From Candidatus Terraquivivens yellowstonensis (lineage in GTDB: Archaea; Thermoproteota; Nitrososphaeria_A; Caldarchaeales; Wolframiiraptoraceae), in the NCBI GenBank assembly GCA_023539445.1, contig JAKCEW010000004.1:16741-80740 (forward strand): a stretch of 64,000 bases of DNA. Direction: 5' to 3'. Both the position numbers and the translations under genes were made by a program. Position 1 is the stretch's first letter, and every line of letters starts with the position of its first letter. Under the pieces are notes generated by a model. The model was not told the origin of the DNA, did no database searches, and saw nothing but the letters and a program-made list of their open reading frames with translations. Positions 11,710 through 20,808 of the stretch are shown here, one piece after another.

Positions 11710-12927
11710 ATGAAAGATATAATGGTTGTAAAGCTCGGTGGCTCTGTCCTTCAAGACTCTAAGGCTCTCGAAAAGGCGGCATCTTGGGTAAAGGACTTGC
11801 TGAAAGGGCATGGACTGGTTGTAGTAGTCTCTGCGCTAAAGGGAATGACTGATGAGCTATTGAAGACGGCTAAGGAGGTGAACCCGGACATCCGACCTGA
11901 CATGCTTGATGAGATTCTGGCGATGGGTGAAAGGACGAGTGCTAGGCTTTTCACGGCTGCGTTGAACAGGTTCGGCGTCGATGCTGTCTTGGTAGACCCA
12001 TCCACTGAGTACTGGCCCATAATAACGGACGAGGAACATCTCGATGCGAATCCTATCTACAGTGAGACGGAAAAACGATGTAAAGAGAAACTCTTACCAC
12101 TAATCGAGGCTGGCAAAGTTCCTGTCGTATGTGGATATATTGGTGTTAGTACTTCAGGTAAGATAACTACGTTGGGTAGGGGTGGTAGTGACACGACCGC
12201 CATATTGCTCGGTAGTTGTCTAAATGCTACGGAAGTTGTCTTAATTAAGGATGTTGAGGGAATATATTCAGGAGATCCGGATAAAGTCAGCAAAGCCGAG
12301 ATAATCGAGACGCTTAACGTGGACGAGGTTAGATTGCTGACCGAGGGCGGTGCGAAGGTCATTCACTCGAAGGCACTAAGATACCTGTCAGAGGGGCTCA
12401 AGTTAAGAGTATCTAGCATGGAAGGTCTAGGAAGGTCAGGAACCGTCATAATCGGCACTCTCCCAAAGCTTGAGGTCAGCAGACATCCGGCTAAAGTGAC
12501 CATGATAACAATACTTTCGAAAAATTCGGACGGGGCATCAATGGTTAAACTTGTTGTTGAGTTCGTTCAGAAGAATAATGGAGAGATCCTAAACATAACT
12601 ACTGGTGAAAAATCCATCATCGTGTACGCAGACTTGGACACGAAGTTGATGGATGAATTGCATAAAGAAGTTGTTGAGTCGGGCATTGGCAAGGCCATAA
12701 GCTTTTTCGAGGGGTTATCCGCTATAAGTATAAGCGGCAGGATGCTTGAAACAAGTCCAGGCGTGATACATAAAGTCGTTGCGCCGCTCGCGATGTATGG
12801 TATAAACATATATGGTCTGGTGACTATAAGTTCATCCATCAGGATATTCGTTTCTGCAAAAGATGCAGAAAGGGCTGCCTCTCTTATAAAAGAAAATCTG
12901 GAGGTGGAATTGAATGAGACAAATTAA
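11710..12927 (+). CDS. lysC: Aspartate kinase (amino-acid kinase domain + C-terminal ACT domains)
   Basis: MVVKLGGSVLQD N-terminus, aspartokinase nucleotide-binding motifs, C-terminal ACT repeats; the ORF-track GTG at 11704 or the ATGs at 11710/11722 are all possible starts. Confidence 0.85.
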   Translation: MKDIMVVKLGGSVLQDSKALEKAASWVKDLLKGHGLVVVVSALKGMTDELLKTAKEVNPDIRPDMLDEILAMGERTSARLFTAALNRFGVDAVLVDPSTEYWPIITDEEHLDANPIYSETEKRCKEKLLPLIEAGKVPVVCGYIGVSTSGKITTLGRGGSDTTAILLGSCLNATEVVLIKDVEGIYSGDPDKVSKAEIIETLNVDEVRLLTEGGAKVIHSKALRYLSEGLKLRVSSMEGLGRSGTVIIGTLPKLEVSRHPAKVTMITILSKNSDGASMVKLVVEFVQKNNGEILNITTGEKSIIVYADLDTKLMDELHKEVVESGIGKAISFFEGLSAISISGRMLETSPGVIHKVVAPLAMYGINIYGLVTISSSIRIFVSAKDAERAASLIKENLEVELNETN

Positions 12928-13969
12928 AGTTGCTGTGCTTGGAGCGACTGGAATGGTCGGTCAGCAATACGTAGGCATGCTCTCGAGACATCCATGGTTC
13001 AAGCTATCGTGTGTCACAGGGAAGGAGTCTGTCGGTAAGAAGTATGGAGAGGCTGTTAGGGGAAACCCCATCAACATTCCCTCTAGCGTAGTCGACATGG
13101 AGGTTTTACCGAATGAGCCAAAGTATGTTGACGCAGACCTCGTTTTCTCTCCGCTACCGACCGAAGCCGCTCGTGAGTCGGAGCCGCTCTTTGCGCAAGA
13201 AGGTTTCCCCGTCGTGAGTGATGCCTCCGCTCATAGAATGGAGAAAGATGTCCCCCTCATCGTGCCTGAGATAAATCCAGAACATATCGAGTTGATAGAC
13301 ATCCAGAAAAAGAATAGGAAGTGGGATGGATATATTGTAACAACGCCCAACTGCACAACCGTAGGTCTGGTCATGCCCCTTAAGCCCCTTCATGACGCTT
13401 ATGTCCTTAAGAAAGTCATAGTGACTACGATGCAGGCGGTCTCGGGTGCAGGCTTCCCAGGCGTACCTTCACTATCCATACTCGGGAACGTCATACCGTA
13501 TATATCTGGTGAGGAGGGAAAAGTGGAAAAAGAGACGCAGAAGATATTGGGAAAGTTCAAAGATGGAGCTATCGACCCAGCTCGCATAACCATCGAGGCA
13601 AGTTGCACCAGAGTTCCGACGATTGATGGACATCTAGAATCCGTCTACGTTGAAACGGAGAAGGCAGTAAGTGTAGACGATGCAAAAAGGATGCTAGCGG
13701 AGTTCAAAGGCATACCGCAGGAGTTGGGGCTCCCTACAGCTCCTGAGAAGCCGATAATCGTCATGGAGGAAGAGGACAGGCCGCAACCAAGGCTTGACAT
13801 ATATGCTGGAAGCGTTCCGGGCATGAGTGCGGTCGTTGGAAGGGTGAGGCCCGCAAAAGACGAAAGGGCTTTAAAATTCTTTGTTCTCAGTCATAACACG
13901 ATAAGGGGTGCTGCCGGAATAGCGATACTTACGGCTGAGTTATTGCACGCATCTGGGAGGATAGAGTGA
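12914..13969 (+). CDS. asd: Aspartate-semialdehyde dehydrogenase
   Basis: 351 aa; KVAVLGATGMVGQ Rossmann N-terminus, catalytic Cys region (NCTTVGLVMPL); overlaps lysC end by 14 nt. Confidence 0.9.
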   Translation: MRQIKVAVLGATGMVGQQYVGMLSRHPWFKLSCVTGKESVGKKYGEAVRGNPINIPSSVVDMEVLPNEPKYVDADLVFSPLPTEAARESEPLFAQEGFPVVSDASAHRMEKDVPLIVPEINPEHIELIDIQKKNRKWDGYIVTTPNCTTVGLVMPLKPLHDAYVLKKVIVTTMQAVSGAGFPGVPSLSILGNVIPYISGEEGKVEKETQKILGKFKDGAIDPARITIEASCTRVPTIDGHLESVYVETEKAVSVDDAKRMLAEFKGIPQELGLPTAPEKPIIVMEEEDRPQPRLDIYAGSVPGMSAVVGRVRPAKDERALKFFVLSHNTIRGAAGIAILTAELLHASGRIE

Positions 13970-14766
13970 TGGTTTTCGGAAAGCAAGTTAGGTTGAACAG
14001 AATAACGGAAAAAGGAAAGATGTTATGCATACCGATGGATCACGGCGTTACTATAGGCCCAGTCAAAGGCTTAGACAAAATATTCGATACGATAGAAAAG
14101 GTAAGTCTCGGGGGAGCCACAGCTATTTTAGCACATAAAGGCATACTTAGAATGATGCCCAAACCCCTGAACGTAGGCACAATAATGCACGTATCTGCAA
14201 GCACGTCATTGGGGCTCTCGCCTAACTTCAAGGTAAGGGTTTCAAGCGTGGAAGAGGCGTTGAGGCTTGGAGCGGATGCCGTTTCCGTTCATGTTAACAT
14301 TGGATGTAGCGATGAGCCGAAGATGTTGAAAAAACTTGGAATTCTTGCTGATGAGTGTGATGAGTGGCAGGTACCATTCATAGCAATGATGTACCCGAGG
14401 GGTGAGAATATAAAAAATCCAAGCGATCCAGACATCGCCGCACATGTTGCAAGGATAGGCGCCGAGCTTGGAGCCGACATCATAAAGACGCCATACACAG
14501 GCAGTCCGGATACGTTTAGGAAAGTCGTGGATGGATGCCCCGTTCCTGTAGTTATAGCTGGCGGGCCGAAGGCAGAAAGCGACTTGGAAGTTTTGAAGAT
14601 GGTAAAGGAAGCTATGGAGGCTGGCGCTATTGGTGCGGCGATAGGTAGGAACGTGTTTCAGCATGATAACCCATTCGCGATAACGAAGGCGCTCAGAGCA
14701 ATAATAGTTGAAGAATATACAGTTAACGAAGCACTGGAGGTGCTCAAAGACGCCCTTGCTAAGTAA
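13966..14766 (+). CDS. aroA': 2-amino-3,7-dideoxy-D-threo-hept-6-ulosonate (ADH) synthase / class I DhnA-type aldolase family (archaeal AroA')
   Basis: 266 aa; very close to the MJ0400-type family as remembered (IPMDHG, GADAVSVHVN, AMMYPRG, GADIIKTPYTG, AGGPK, GRNVFQH); first gene of a shikimate operon. Confidence 0.75.
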   Translation: MMVFGKQVRLNRITEKGKMLCIPMDHGVTIGPVKGLDKIFDTIEKVSLGGATAILAHKGILRMMPKPLNVGTIMHVSASTSLGLSPNFKVRVSSVEEALRLGADAVSVHVNIGCSDEPKMLKKLGILADECDEWQVPFIAMMYPRGENIKNPSDPDIAAHVARIGAELGADIIKTPYTGSPDTFRKVVDGCPVPVVIAGGPKAESDLEVLKMVKEAMEAGAIGAAIGRNVFQHDNPFAITKALRAIIVEEYTVNEALEVLKDALAK

Positions 14767-15808
14767 AAAAGAAGTTTGCTTAGATCTAAGGGACTGGGAT
14801 GACGAAATCTTTAAGGAGGCACTGTCAAAAGGAATTACTGCATACTATTGCGACCCCGATAACGTTCCTCAAGAATTCAGACAAAAAGTGACGACGTACT
14901 CAGATACACCAACTGGGGACGTTCTTGTTGTACCGCTCGGTAAAGAGGCGCCGCAAGCTAAGAGGTTTGCAGTATATGCCGTCGTTCTAAATTATGGCGA
15001 CGTAGAAAAACTGATATCCGCAGCAAAACTTGGTGCTGAGGTTTTGATAGTAGATACTAAGGATTGGAAGATAATACCATTGGAAAACATAGTTGCATAT
15101 TTGCAGAAAACGTCAGCGAAGCTCATGGCAAAAGTCAATAGCCCTGAAGAGGTTGAAACTATGTATGGAATCCTAGAAAAGGGCGTCGATGCCGTCTTAT
15201 TCAAGCCAAGGAGCAAAGCAGATATTGGTAGGATCTTTGATGCTATCAATTACATCGCGAATGTTCAGCTTTCTCCGGTAAAAGTTGTAGAGGTTAAGGA
15301 CGTGGGAATGGGAGATAGAGCATGTGTTGATACCGTATCTATTTTATCAATGGGCGAGGGGATGCTTGTTGGAAGTAAAGCAAGCTTTCTGTTCCTTGTA
15401 CACAACGAGTCCATAGGCTCATCATTCACAGAACCGAGACCCTTCAGGGTGAATGCTGGTGCGATACATAGCTATGTCCTGACACCATCAGGCGGAACTA
15501 AATATTTGTCGGAGATAAAGGCAGGCGATAGAGTCTTAGTAATTAACACGCAGGGTTCAGCAAGACCTACCACAGTCGGCAGGGTAAAGATAGAAAGGAG
15601 GCCTTTGAGACTCATCAGGGCTGAGGTTGACGGTGAAGAGGGTTCCGTCATCTTGCAAAATGCTGAGACCATAAGGCTCGTAGGGATTGATGGTAAACCT
15701 ATCTCGGTAACAGAGATCAAGCCAGGCGATAAAGTATTGGCATACATAAGCAAGGAGAAGGCCAGACATTTCGGGATTGCCGTTGACGAATTCGTAATAG
15801 AGAGATAA
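14708..15808 (+). CDS. aroB': 3-dehydroquinate synthase II (archaeal AroB')
   Basis: 366 aa; size and position (after aroA', before aroD) fit DHQ synthase II; TTG start at 14708 overlaps the upstream gene by 59 nt, no alternative in-frame start before the conserved KEVCLDLRDWD region. Confidence 0.65.
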   Translation: MKNIQLTKHWRCSKTPLLSKKEVCLDLRDWDDEIFKEALSKGITAYYCDPDNVPQEFRQKVTTYSDTPTGDVLVVPLGKEAPQAKRFAVYAVVLNYGDVEKLISAAKLGAEVLIVDTKDWKIIPLENIVAYLQKTSAKLMAKVNSPEEVETMYGILEKGVDAVLFKPRSKADIGRIFDAINYIANVQLSPVKVVEVKDVGMGDRACVDTVSILSMGEGMLVGSKASFLFLVHNESIGSSFTEPRPFRVNAGAIHSYVLTPSGGTKYLSEIKAGDRVLVINTQGSARPTTVGRVKIERRPLRLIRAEVDGEEGSVILQNAETIRLVGIDGKPISVTEIKPGDKVLAYISKEKARHFGIAVDEFVIER

Positions 15809-15840
15809 CAGTCAATCAAACATAGAATACCGGTGAATCG

Positions 15841-16548
15841 ATGTTTATGACGACAGAACGGTTCAAAATGTGCGTATCAACGTTTGGAAGAGACGTACAA
15901 TCTTTGAAAGATTCTGTGCTTAAAGCGATAAGTATCGGTGCGGATGTTGTAGAGGCCAGACTCGATTATTTGGAAGATTTGGATGCCAACGTTTTAAGCT
16001 CGGTGCTGAGGCCTTACATGGATAAACTCATTTTAACTCTCAGACCTCATTATGAGAGCGGGTTATTTGAGGGTGATGAAGAAGAGAGAGCCAGGATTCT
16101 CAAACGGTTGAGCCGAGAGGCCCCAGCATACGTTGACATAGAGCTCCGTTCTCCCATGTTTCAAGATTTATTAAAAGAACTGATGAAGGCAGGCGTCACC
16201 GCAATAGTTTCATGGCACGACTTTGAAAAGACACCGGAAACCGATGAACTCCGAAGAATAGTCAGCTTAGCCATGAGTTGTGGAGGCATCGCTAAAGTTG
16301 TAACCATGGCGAAATCTTTCAGCGACAACCTAAGGATTCTCTCGCTATACCGTACGGATGATAAACATAGGCTCATTGCTTTTTGCATGGGAGCGGAGGG
16401 CATCTTGTCGAGGTTTCTCTCAGTAATGCTTGGAGCGCCCTTCATGTATGTCTCATTGCCTGGGGCACCTACGGCACCCGGTCAACCCAGCATTACTGAG
16501 GCGAGGGAGCTTATACGCATACTTTCGTCAAACTACTATGGGAGGTGA
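15841..16548 (+). CDS. aroD: 3-dehydroquinate dehydratase, type I
   Basis: 235 aa; type I DHQase pattern (VSTFGRD..., catalytic Lys region AIVSWHDFEKTP..., MAKS). Confidence 0.8.
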   Translation: MFMTTERFKMCVSTFGRDVQSLKDSVLKAISIGADVVEARLDYLEDLDANVLSSVLRPYMDKLILTLRPHYESGLFEGDEEERARILKRLSREAPAYVDIELRSPMFQDLLKELMKAGVTAIVSWHDFEKTPETDELRRIVSLAMSCGGIAKVVTMAKSFSDNLRILSLYRTDDKHRLIAFCMGAEGILSRFLSVMLGAPFMYVSLPGAPTAPGQPSITEARELIRILSSNYYGR

Positions 16549-16611
16549 GCGAACGTATCAGCGCAAACATGCTTTAGCAACAAAAGGCTTGTAGGTCTCG
16601 TCGGACATCCT

Positions 16612-17427
16612 GTGAAACACTCGATATCTCCGGACATTCACAATGCCGCATTCAATCACCTAAACCTCAACTATACCTATATCGCATTTGATGTAAAGGA
16701 AAATGAGTTCAGAGCTGCGGTCAGGGGCCTTAAGGCTCTAGGAGCCGCAGGCTTTAATGTGACGATACCATATAAGCAGAAGGTCGTGAGGTTTTTGGAT
16801 AAACTTGCGGATGATGCAAAAACCATAAAGGCCGTGAACACCGTCGTAATTGATAAAGATAGAATGTTTGGATACAACACGGATGTTCTAGGTGTAATAA
16901 AAGCTCTCATGCCCTACAAAGATATGTTGAGCGGTTGTGAGGCTTTGATACTTGGTGCGGGAGGGGGTGCTTCGGCTGCTGCTCTAGCGCTGGCTAGGCT
17001 CGGTTGCAATCATGTAACGTTTGTCAGCCGAACACCTTCAAAGGCCCGCAGGCTTGCGAGCTTCTTAAGACGCAGACTTAAAATTTCTGTAAAGGGTTTT
17101 GGTCTTTCAACAAGTAACTTATCCGCTATTGCTAAAGATTACAACGTCATAATTAATGCAACGCCCGTTGGTATGTGGCCGAATAGCAGTCACTCATTAC
17201 TCAAGAAGGAACAAATACGAAGCGGGTCTGTCGTAATGGACATGGTGTACAACCCTCCCGAGACTATGCTTCTTAAAGAGGCAAAGCTTGCGGGTGCCAT
17301 ATGTGTCTCTGGGCTGGACATGTTGATCTTTCAAGCCGCGGAGTCCTTTAAGTTGTGGACTTCTTTAGAGCCACCAATAGAGGTTATGAAGAGCGCCGCC
17401 ATAGAAGCGATAGGTCGTTTTGTATGA
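16612..17427 (+). CDS. aroE: Shikimate dehydrogenase (start uncertain, see findings)
   Basis: 271 aa from GTG; HSISPDIHNAAF, NVTIPYK, GAGGGASAAALAL motifs. The conserved N-terminal LVGLVGHPV lies upstream of the GTG, in frame with aroD after a single TGA. Confidence 0.8.
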   Translation: MKHSISPDIHNAAFNHLNLNYTYIAFDVKENEFRAAVRGLKALGAAGFNVTIPYKQKVVRFLDKLADDAKTIKAVNTVVIDKDRMFGYNTDVLGVIKALMPYKDMLSGCEALILGAGGGASAAALALARLGCNHVTFVSRTPSKARRLASFLRRRLKISVKGFGLSTSNLSAIAKDYNVIINATPVGMWPNSSHSLLKKEQIRSGSVVMDMVYNPPETMLLKEAKLAGAICVSGLDMLIFQAAESFKLWTSLEPPIEVMKSAAIEAIGRFV

Positions 17428-18302
17428 AGGCTACCGCTAGAGCACATGGTGCTATAACGATCGTTAACGCCATATCAACCGGTAAAGGAGCGGCCATGGG
17501 CATTGACCTTTACACCGAAGCCACAGTAGAAATAGGCGGCAGGGACGTGGAAGTTATTATAAAAGAAAATCCAGATGAAGACACAACGCTAGCAAAGGCG
17601 GCGGTGAAGAGGGTATTGAAGTTAGTGCAAATGGACTGCGGGGCGCATGTTGAAATCAGCTCGAACATACCAATTGGTAAGGGTTTGAAGAGTTCCAGCG
17701 CAGCCGCTAATGCTATAGTTCTGGCTACGGCAAGGGCTATGAACTTGAACTTGAGCGATGCTGAGATATTAAACATAGCTGTTGATGCTGCGATCGAGGC
17801 TGGTGTTACCATAACGGGTGCTTATGACGATGCTTGCGCTAGTTATTATGGCGGGATTGTTGTCACAGATAACCTGAGGAGGCAGATCGTGAAAAGGGAT
17901 GAGGCCCCAGAAGACCTTTTTGTTGTTTTGCTTGTCCCAGAATTTAAGAGCTATACTAAGTTTTTCGACAAGAATTTGCTTAAACCTATCGCATCTTTCG
18001 TTGAGGTCGCGTATAGGATGTCCCTAAATGGGGAATATTGGAGGGCCCTAACACTCAACGGCATACTTCATGCGGCAGCGTTAAACTATGGAGCGAAGAA
18101 AGCTTTAGATGCCATAAGGGCGGGAGCCTTAGCCGCTGGCCTATCCGGCACCGGACCTGCTATCGCTGCTGTGTGTAACAAAGATGTGATGAACGATGTT
18201 GCCAGTGCATTGAGTGAAAAAGGATGCGATATTATAATAGCTAAGCCAAACAATAAGAAGGCATATTCATGGGTTGGTGGTTCCGTTGCAGGTTTCGGTT
18301 AA
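17424..18302 (+). CDS. aroK: Shikimate kinase, archaeal GHMP-kinase type
   Basis: ATG at 17424 overlaps the aroE stop (ATGA); GHMP motif PIGKGLKSSSAAANA; approx. 290 aa. Confidence 0.8.
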   Translation: MKATARAHGAITIVNAISTGKGAAMGIDLYTEATVEIGGRDVEVIIKENPDEDTTLAKAAVKRVLKLVQMDCGAHVEISSNIPIGKGLKSSSAAANAIVLATARAMNLNLSDAEILNIAVDAAIEAGVTITGAYDDACASYYGGIVVTDNLRRQIVKRDEAPEDLFVVLLVPEFKSYTKFFDKNLLKPIASFVEVAYRMSLNGEYWRALTLNGILHAAALNYGAKKALDAIRAGALAAGLSGTGPAIAAVCNKDVMNDVASALSEKGCDIIIAKPNNKKAYSWVGGSVAGFG

Positions 18303-19578
18303 ACCTTCGGTAATATCAGGCAAGGTGCGAGCTCCACCTAGTAAAAGCTACAGCCATAGGGCGATAATAGCCGCCTCTATGACAGATGGCAAGTGTGTTG
18401 TAGAAAATGTTTCAAGATCCGATGATGTTCTTGCTACGATTAATGCATGTAAAAAATTCGGTGCCTCCATCGAGGAGGAAGGCGACAAACTCATCATCCA
18501 AGGTTTCTCAACACCTAATGCACCGGATGATGTTATAAATGTTCAGAATTCGGGAACAACGTTAAGGATAATGACCGGTGTAAGCTGCTTGGTTCAGGCC
18601 GGCTACGTAGTCCTCACAGGCGATGAGAGCATAAGGAGGAGACCGATGCAACCACTTCTCGATGCCCTCAATATGCTTGGAGGGGAGTGTTGGTCTGCAA
18701 GGCTTAACGGCTGCGCACCCATAATAGTTAAAGGCGGGGGATTAAAGGGCGGCAACGCTTGGATGACCGGTAAAATATCCTCACAGTTCGTCTCCTCCAT
18801 ACTTTTCTCATCACCAAAGGCCTCAAGCGATACGTCGCTCATGATACAAGGAGAGCTTGTCTCGAGACCTTACGTTGATGCAACCATAAACGTACTTGAG
18901 AGGTTCGGTGTTCATATAGAAAGAGAAGGGTATAGGATCTTTCGCATTCCTTCGCAACAAAATTTTAAGCCCACGTGTTTCATAGTTCCTGGAGATTTCG
19001 GACTCGCTTCCTTCATGATGGCTGCGGCGCTCATGACGGACGGTTCAATTACGGTTGAAGGGCTCAGTCAAGATTTGCCGCAAGCCGATGCCGCCATAGT
19101 TGATATACTTACTGAAATGGGAGCTAATGTTAAGCTGGATTACGTTTCTGGAAACGTGAGCGTTAGCGGAGGCGGAAAGCTTAGGGGCGGTAGCTTTAAT
19201 CTATCCGATTCGCCAGACCTCTTACCTGTCGTAGCAGTCTTAGCAACTAAATGTGAGGGGACAGTAGAGATAACAGGCGTGGAGCATGCGAGAGTTAAGG
19301 AAAGCGATAGGGTCAGCGCACTTGCTCATGCCCTTTCTAAGATAGGGATGAACGTAAGAGAAGCAGCAGATGGTTTGAGCATAACGCGGGGCAAGCTTGT
19401 TAAGCACGCTATACTCGACCCCAAAGGAGACCACAGGCTTTTCATGGCGTATTGTCTTTTAGGACTTATCTTAGAAGGAGGATGTACAGTACTAGGAGCA
19501 GAGTCCGCGAGCGTATCCTACCCGAATTTTCTTAGGGACCTTGCTAGTCTAGGTGCAAAGTTTGAGCTATTAGAATGA
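18274..19578 (+). CDS. aroA: 3-phosphoshikimate 1-carboxyvinyltransferase (EPSP synthase)
   Basis: 434 aa; PPSKSYSHRAI, LxGDESIRRRPM, NSGTTLR motifs. Confidence 0.85.
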   Translation: MVVPLQVSVKPSVISGKVRAPPSKSYSHRAIIAASMTDGKCVVENVSRSDDVLATINACKKFGASIEEEGDKLIIQGFSTPNAPDDVINVQNSGTTLRIMTGVSCLVQAGYVVLTGDESIRRRPMQPLLDALNMLGGECWSARLNGCAPIIVKGGGLKGGNAWMTGKISSQFVSSILFSSPKASSDTSLMIQGELVSRPYVDATINVLERFGVHIEREGYRIFRIPSQQNFKPTCFIVPGDFGLASFMMAAALMTDGSITVEGLSQDLPQADAAIVDILTEMGANVKLDYVSGNVSVSGGGKLRGGSFNLSDSPDLLPVVAVLATKCEGTVEITGVEHARVKESDRVSALAHALSKIGMNVREAADGLSITRGKLVKHAILDPKGDHRLFMAYCLLGLILEGGCTVLGAESASVSYPNFLRDLASLGAKFELLE

Positions 19579-19671
19579 TTGAATATAACGTAACTTGTGC
19601 CGCTACGCTAATGATCACGGTATTCCGGATCAATTTTGCAATCTTCATCGGAAAGTTCTCGATACGCTACT

Positions 19672-20808
19672 CTAACCTATGACCAGCTTTTCGGGAACTA
19701 GTTTCCCTTCCTTGAATCTGGTAGGCAAGAACGGCCTCATGAGTTCGTCAACCTCTCCGTATAGTATGTTTTTAGCTAGCAACTTGCCGATTAGAGGCCC
19801 CATCATGAAGCCATGGCCGCTGTCACCATAAGCCACGTAAAGCCCTTCCGGCCAATCCGGGTCTCTTCCCATTATGTGGCTTGAGTCTGCGGACATAGAG
19901 TAATATCCACTCCAGCACCTCATGATTTTAGCTCCTCTTAGGACAGGGAACCTCTTGTACACTGCCTTTGCCCATTTTACCAAAAAGTCGAGCGTGTTCT
20001 CTAGAGGTAGTAGCCCACTCTTTACTGGAACCTCTATGCTTCCAAGTATCTCACCTTTAAGCGCCTGACCGACATATGCTGAAGTCCCGAAGTCTATGAC
20101 TAAAGGTTCAATAAAATACCTGTAGGATTCTGTTAAGGCCATCTCCTTTCTTTCGGGTTCCGTCGGTAACTCGATACCTAAGCCTCTTAGGAGCTCATCA
20201 GTCCAGGCACCTGCAGTCAATAAAACGACATCGGCCTCCACTTTGCCGTTGGGAAGCATGACACCCACGACCTTGTTGTTCTCTACGAGTACCCTTTCAA
20301 CAGGAGATCTCTCGAACAACTTAGCACCAAGCTTAGCGGCTGCTTTGTAGTAACCGAATGCTACGTAATTGTGGAAGCAGCTTCCGTTCTGTGGCCCAAA
20401 GAAGCCCTCGAGGACGTCGTCCGTGTATATATACGGATACTTTTCTTTAATTTCTGATGGTGAAAGAAACTCTCCAGGTATTCCGAGACGCTCCCACATT
20501 TTGTTCTTTTCACGAAACGCTTTAACTTGCTCCTCAGTAAACAGTAACCAAAGATAGCCACCTGTTGTTATTATCATGTTCCAGCCAGTAATCGATGATA
20601 ACTTGACCATAATTTTCTTCGACTCTATGGCAAACTTGGAATTTTCCTCGGTCCAGAAGTGGACCCTGAACCTACTTGCCGATCTTACTGTTGAGCCGTA
20701 CGACAGGTACTCCTTCTCTAAGATCACTATGTCCTTTACTCCAAGCTTTGCCAAGTTGTATGCTGAAGAAAGGCCCATGATTCCTGAGCCCACTATTACA
20801 ACCCTCAC
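19672..20808 (-). CDS. FAD-dependent oxidoreductase (sarcosine oxidase beta / dye-linked L-proline dehydrogenase beta-like)
   Basis: 378 aa; GxGxxG dinucleotide motif at the N-terminus (VVIVGSGIMGLSSAY), DAO-family architecture; overlaps the downstream alpha-like gene by 4 nt. Confidence 0.6.
   Translation of the reverse strand: MRVVIVGSGIMGLSSAYNLAKLGVKDIVILEKEYLSYGSTVRSASRFRVHFWTEENSKFAIESKKIMVKLSSITGWNMIITTGGYLWLLFTEEQVKAFREKNKMWERLGIPGEFLSPSEIKEKYPYIYTDDVLEGFFGPQNGSCFHNYVAFGYYKAAAKLGAKLFERSPVERVLVENNKVVGVMLPNGKVEADVVLLTAGAWTDELLRGLGIELPTEPERKEMALTESYRYFIEPLVIDFGTSAYVGQALKGEILGSIEVPVKSGLLPLENTLDFLVKWAKAVYKRFPVLRGAKIMRCWSGYYSMSADSSHIMGRDPDWPEGLYVAYGDSGHGFMMGPLIGKLLAKNILYGEVDELMRPFLPTRFKEGKLVPEKLVIG

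Noticed and set aside
16546-16548. In-frame TGA between aroD and aroE as selenocysteine
   Set aside because: Neither enzyme family uses Sec. The codon lies at a domain boundary, not an active site, and no SECIS-like hairpin was evident. Readthrough, fusion or a sequencing error is more parsimonious.
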